Below are positions 59,566 through 64,000 of a DNA stretch of 64,000 bases, piece by piece. The notes beneath the pieces are model-generated. The model did no database searches. It was not told the origin of the DNA and saw nothing but the letters and a program-made list of their open reading frames with translations. Made by a program: the position numbers and the translations under genes. The DNA is taken from NCBI GenBank assembly GCA_002269645.1, contig NIVC01002274.1, positions 62,001 through 126,000 on the forward strand, written 5' to 3'. Every line of letters starts with the position of its first letter. The first letter of the stretch is position 1. This DNA comes from Macrostomum lignano (taxonomy: Eukaryota).

Positions 59566-59593
59566 CTGTGAGCTGCTGTGCGTCATGGCGCAT
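59566..59593 (-). CDS. Candidate first coding exon of the Abl gene (MRHDAQQLT-)
   Basis: ATG...ACA G|GTAAGA is a phase-1 donor compatible with the phase-1 acceptor at 51498. A strong acceptor TTTTTCTTTTTCCTCATAG lies just upstream. Confidence 0.4.
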
Positions 59594-61591
59594 GGCGCGC
59601 GTAGCGCGCCATGCGCCATGACTATGAGGAAAAAGAAAAAGTGCGCCGGACGCCGTCCGCGAAAATACCACTTATTCCAATAGGGAAAACAAGATTTAAT
59701 ATTTTTTCTAATACTTTATTTAAAAACTTTAGGGATAAGAAATAAAAGGCAAGCAGATTTTAACTGGGTTTTTTGTGCAAATGGGTGAGAATAGTATCCT
59801 GGTCTTAAAAATTGCACCCTGAAATTTGACTCGGGATGTGAAAAGTGCACCAGAATTTTTTGCAAGGATATGATGCGGATTTTACAATTTAGTGTTATGG
59901 ATGTCTTAAGTCTGTAACTTTGTATTCTTAGAATTAGCCAGTCATTTTTTGAATCCTTAATTAATGCAATTTAAGGAATTGTTAACTGTTGATTAAATTT
60001 TGGTAAGCAGAACCTGATAAATTGAATACTGAATAATGGACAGCCTAGACTTTTTGTGCAAATGGGTGCAATGCGAATAGTATATTGGTCTTGAAAATTG
60101 CACCCTGAAATCTAGCACAGGGTGTAAAATTGCACCTAAGTTAGGCCTATAGACAAAAAAACCCAGGATTTTCAAATTGAAAATTTGTCATAATTTTATC
60201 ATATAGTACACTCAATAACAAAAGGAAAATTTCAAAAAATTATATTAAAATATAATTATTCAGAATATTAATTTTAAATTTTTTTTTCAAGATAACAATA
60301 GGTTAGGCCTATATTGACAAATCAAGAAATTATCATCTTACCTTCATTAATGCTATTGCTTCGTAAAAAACTACTGCCTTGACTTATATCAGAAAAGCTT
60401 TGTCCTGATGCATAATTTGTGAATGCATTTTGTGCTGCATTTTTTCTGTCAAGTTTTTCTGGTTTTGTGCTTTGGGCCCCCATAGCCTCAATGTTCAGAA
60501 AAAGATAGCTGCAGGGAGCATATTTATTAAAAATGTGCACACATAGCAGCTTATTTAGTTGTGAAACCTTGCTTAGGCTACATCATTATTTATATATTAT
60601 AATATCTATAGGCCTACTATCTTGAAAACATTAAACTAAAATTTCTATTTAGGTTTCTGTGAAAACTTCTGTAAAATCTATCCAGGCCTGCAGGCCTAGT
60701 CTTGGTGTCTAGTCTAGGCTAGGTCAGGGCAGGCAGTTCTAACAACAGTCAAACTCCATTTGTTTGTCAGGTCAGGTACAGATACAGCAGTGAAGCGAAT
60801 GAAACATTTAGAGCTTCTTTTTTAATGAATATAGACGTATAACAATTTTCTATCAAATAAAAAATAAGACCTACATGCAGAAGTTAGCAAAGACATACAC
60901 AAACAGAATGAATTAAGACTACGAATGACCTAGTTGATAAACTACTACACACACTATTGTCTGGCTCAACGTTTCATGGAAATGTTTGTCACACCGGAAA
61001 AAAAGTAGTCTATGGAAAACTATTTTTTGCTATAAACCTTTAAGCCCTCCAAATAAGCTGCTCCAAATAAGCACTCCAAATTATGTATCAAATATAATTT
61101 TCTCAATTAAAACTCGTGTTAAAATGAATAGCTTTGTTTTTATGTACAACTGACAATCAACGATGTGCACGCATTGGTTCATTGGCTGATAATTAAGCAG
61201 AACGCGTTACTTTGCTGACAACACTGTTTGGAGCTGTCTACTAAATGAAAACCAATGAAGTACTGATTTAAGTACTTTAATTCCTAAAAAAATGTGTCGG
61301 TTGGAAGATAGAATTTTTTACATCAAGGACTATTAGCTCCAGCATTGAAAATGAAATGAGTACGGGTGTGCCCATCAATTGAAATTTCAATATCTTAATT
61401 CCCCCAATTGACAGTGCGTGTGGAAAAACTGCATTTCGCCACATTGATATTTCATAAAATTATCACTATTTATGTTGTTCATTTATAGACAGGCACAACC
61501 ATAAATTTGGTGGGCCGCGCCCCGGACTTCGTGTAGGTAAATTTTTAAATAAATATACCGGGTCTTGCCTTTTTTCAAGTCTCCTGGGTCC

Positions 61592-61861
61592 TGGGGCCTT
61601 TTCATTTTACCAATTCCAGAACCAGAATCGGTTCGGAATTCCAAGAAAAACAGCAGTATAACTATTAAACTCTGTTAATATTTGACTGCGTCTGCCTTAA
61701 CAACCTAACTTAGCACAATTTTTCACTTTCTTCTTGGCGATTGTCATTCAATAATAAAAACTTTATAGCACGTATCTCCCTCTAGTTATGGAGACAAAAA
61801 GTTATACTTCACAAATTGGTTCTGGTTCTGGAACCAGAACAAGCAATATGAAAAGGCCCCT
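61592..61861. mobile_element. ~270-bp MITE-like element
   Basis: GGGGCCTTTTCAT ... ATGAAAAGGCCCC inverted ends, subterminal TTCCAGAACCAGAA inverted motif, possible GGTCC duplication. Confidence 0.5.
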
Positions 61862-62020
61862 GGTCCGCTTAAAATCATGTCTCGAGTGGCTTAAAATAAC
61901 TAAAAATGACTTTACAGAGGGCACCTTTAATGCGCCCATTTATAAATAGATGCGTAAATTTCTAGATGTAGATTGTAGTTTTAATTAAATAATTTTGGCT
62001 TATTTTCTGTAAGCTGTAAC

Positions 62021-62210
62021 CAGGGCCGTAGGGAGGGGGGATAGGGGGGATGTATCCCCCCGAAGAGCCTGACCAAAACTTTTTTGTTGCCCTTTGTTGC
62101 TATACATGCTACCATGTGACTCCGTCATAGCACTTTTACCTTAGTGTATCCCCCATAGAAAATTCACCTTGGTGTATCCCCCCTGTAGGAAATTCCTGGC
62201 TACACACCTG
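62021..62210. mobile_element. 190-bp hAT-type MITE with 8-bp TSD GCTGTAAC
   Basis: GCTGTAAC|CAGGGCCGTAGGGAG ... CCTGGCTACACACCTG|GCTGTAAC. Confidence 0.8.
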
Positions 62211-63057
62211 GCTGTAACACCGAAAATTGGGACATTACTCCCTGCCTTATCTCCTATATGCTAAGTTTCGTACTTAAATACTCATTAACAAACTTCAAAC
62301 AAGCTCATTCATTAGCACAATAGCAGCTCCGTTTTGTTAATTTACACTTTTATTAATAAGTAACAACCAATCTATTTTCACTTACATTGAAGTAAACAGA
62401 TTGTTATTGCTAATAACATTAAAATCAAGAATATTAGCTGTGAACAGCACAATAAACAGAACATCGAAAAGGGTCACACATGAACTATACTGATAATTCT
62501 AGAACAACAAAGATTTAAGTTGATTTAATGGCAGAAATAGAAGACAAGGTGACAGTCAATTATTATAACATTCTTCATACATAGCTTGCATAATTGGGAC
62601 TCAACGTCATACTTGTACAAATTGAGTAGACTGACTTTTCTATTATTAGCCTCATTTAATTTTATTTAAATTAAAAAATTAGGCTGTAAAATTACTATGA
62701 TTTGGTGGTAAAAATGAGAATAAGCGCAGACAGACTACAAGCTGGTGTTAATAAAATAATGATTGTGATAACTTTATCATATATTGATTCAGTCTTGATC
62801 TATCCAACCCTATTAATGTTGTAATCTAAAACATTTCAATTTCTATCCTTATTTAAACCTCCAGGCTTCTTAAAGTAGTCAAATAGTTCCGACCTTGATT
62901 GCTAAATCATACGAGTCAGGAGCAGGCTTTCAAAAAAGAAGTATTAAATGTGATTAGAAGCGACCAGTGAATATACTATATGATTGAGTTACTAATCTTA
63001 GTTATGCATACTACAATAAGTTTAAGTTTAATCAATCGAAAATGCAAGCAGCGCGAA

Positions 63058-63264
63058 TTAGGATCCAACGATGATGTTGTTGATCGGGATGTGGATCAAC
63101 TTTACAAAGAAGCCGATAAATCCCATGATGGCGAAGCCGATGGCAGTGGCAGCGGCGATCTTCTGAAACTCCCGTCGGTCAGGCTTAGTGCACCTGTTCA
63201 CCAGTCGGATAGAGTCCTTCACAAACTGCCGAGCAGGCGAGATGAAATCGGTAATTTGGTCCAT
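63058..63264 (-). CDS. SEC61G: Protein transport protein Sec61 subunit gamma, single coding exon, 68 aa
   Basis: [54 protein letters not shown] is the canonical Sec61gamma/SecE sequence. Confidence 0.98.
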   Translation of the reverse strand: MDQITDFISPARQFVKDSIRLVNRCTKPDRREFQKIAAATAIGFAIMGFIGFFVKLIHIPINNIIVGS

Positions 63265-64000
63265 GCTAAGGCGTGTAGCTCAAACAGGTTGCTTCACAAA
63301 ATCTTGCCCAGTTGGATTAAATGCGAGGAAAGCTAATCAATTAAATACACGAGCAGCAGCTATATTTCTGAGGTTCGCAAGCAAAGCGCCGTTCTTACTC
63401 AGCATAATTTAAGGGTTCACGTATCTCCCTCAAACCCTTCCCTTTCGTCTCTCTTTCTCTGTGTACATTCAATTCCCGCCCCAGGCAGATACGCTACCCC
63501 CGACCAACCCCCCCCCCAGTTGAATGTACACTGGAGTGACTTGGAAAGAAAACTGAATGAAGGCTTTGGGGCTTACCCCAGTTGTGAATTCATGTCTGTG
63601 GTCTACTAGTCGTTTGCCTCTTGTTAAATAACTCAGATGATTATTCGAATATTCTTCGTGTGTACGCGCCCCGTAAAATAATTAAGTAGCACGGACGAGC
63701 AGGAGTACAATGCAGATTGTCTGAGGTTTGAAGGGAAGAGTGGAGTATAACTACTTACGAGTATAATGTATTTCCAAATTTTTCTCATTTTTATAGTATG
63801 TTCATACTTTTCAACCTCTTATTAACTTATAAGAGTGCGATGCATCACTACTCACTAGTATCAGTATTGTAATCAGCATTAGTGTTGTAAAGATCTTAGA
63901 CATTTAGGAATATGCGGATTGACAGGTTTATTAAGATGATTCATAAAATTGCAAATTGCAGTATGACACACAAACCACAAATAAAAGTCCAAACTGTCAG

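Noticed and set aside
59770-60135. Two diverged direct repeats with TTGCACCCTGAAAT, also seen near 17640-17800
   Set aside because: Likely fragments of a common interspersed repeat; boundaries and class could not be defined.
62980-63412. Plus-strand ORFs of 118 and 74 aa
   Set aside because: Antisense shadows of Sec61gamma.

Overview
Eukaryotic, intron-containing genomic DNA: GC-rich exons sit in AT-rich, minisatellite-filled introns and intergenic DNA. The style suggests a flatworm such as Macrostomum, but this is inference only. Host genes, assembled by hand with phase-checked GT-AG introns: (1) two paralogous LOTUS(OST-HTH)-Tudor genes of TDRD5/Tejas-like architecture, copy A 20553-25494 (2 LOTUS) and copy B 31213-45552 (3 LOTUS), each with an acidic QDYE repeat and a C-terminal PAM2-like motif; (2) a divergent uroporphyrinogen decarboxylase; (3) an Abl-family tyrosine kinase on the minus strand; (4) Sec61 gamma. 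Mobile DNA: a chain of antisense RNase H-type LINE fragments in an intron of copy B, a SPIN/Buster-like hAT with an intact transposase, a degenerate Gypsy pol with its 3' LTR, several MITEs and Helitron-like remnants. The most unusual object is a 7.7-kb palindromic element (6843-14547). It has CACTAC...GTAGTG termini, a 4-bp TCCC target-site duplication and ~3.2-kb inverted arms. Each arm carries an intron-containing, 5'-truncated Polinton-type protein-primed DNA polymerase B gene.
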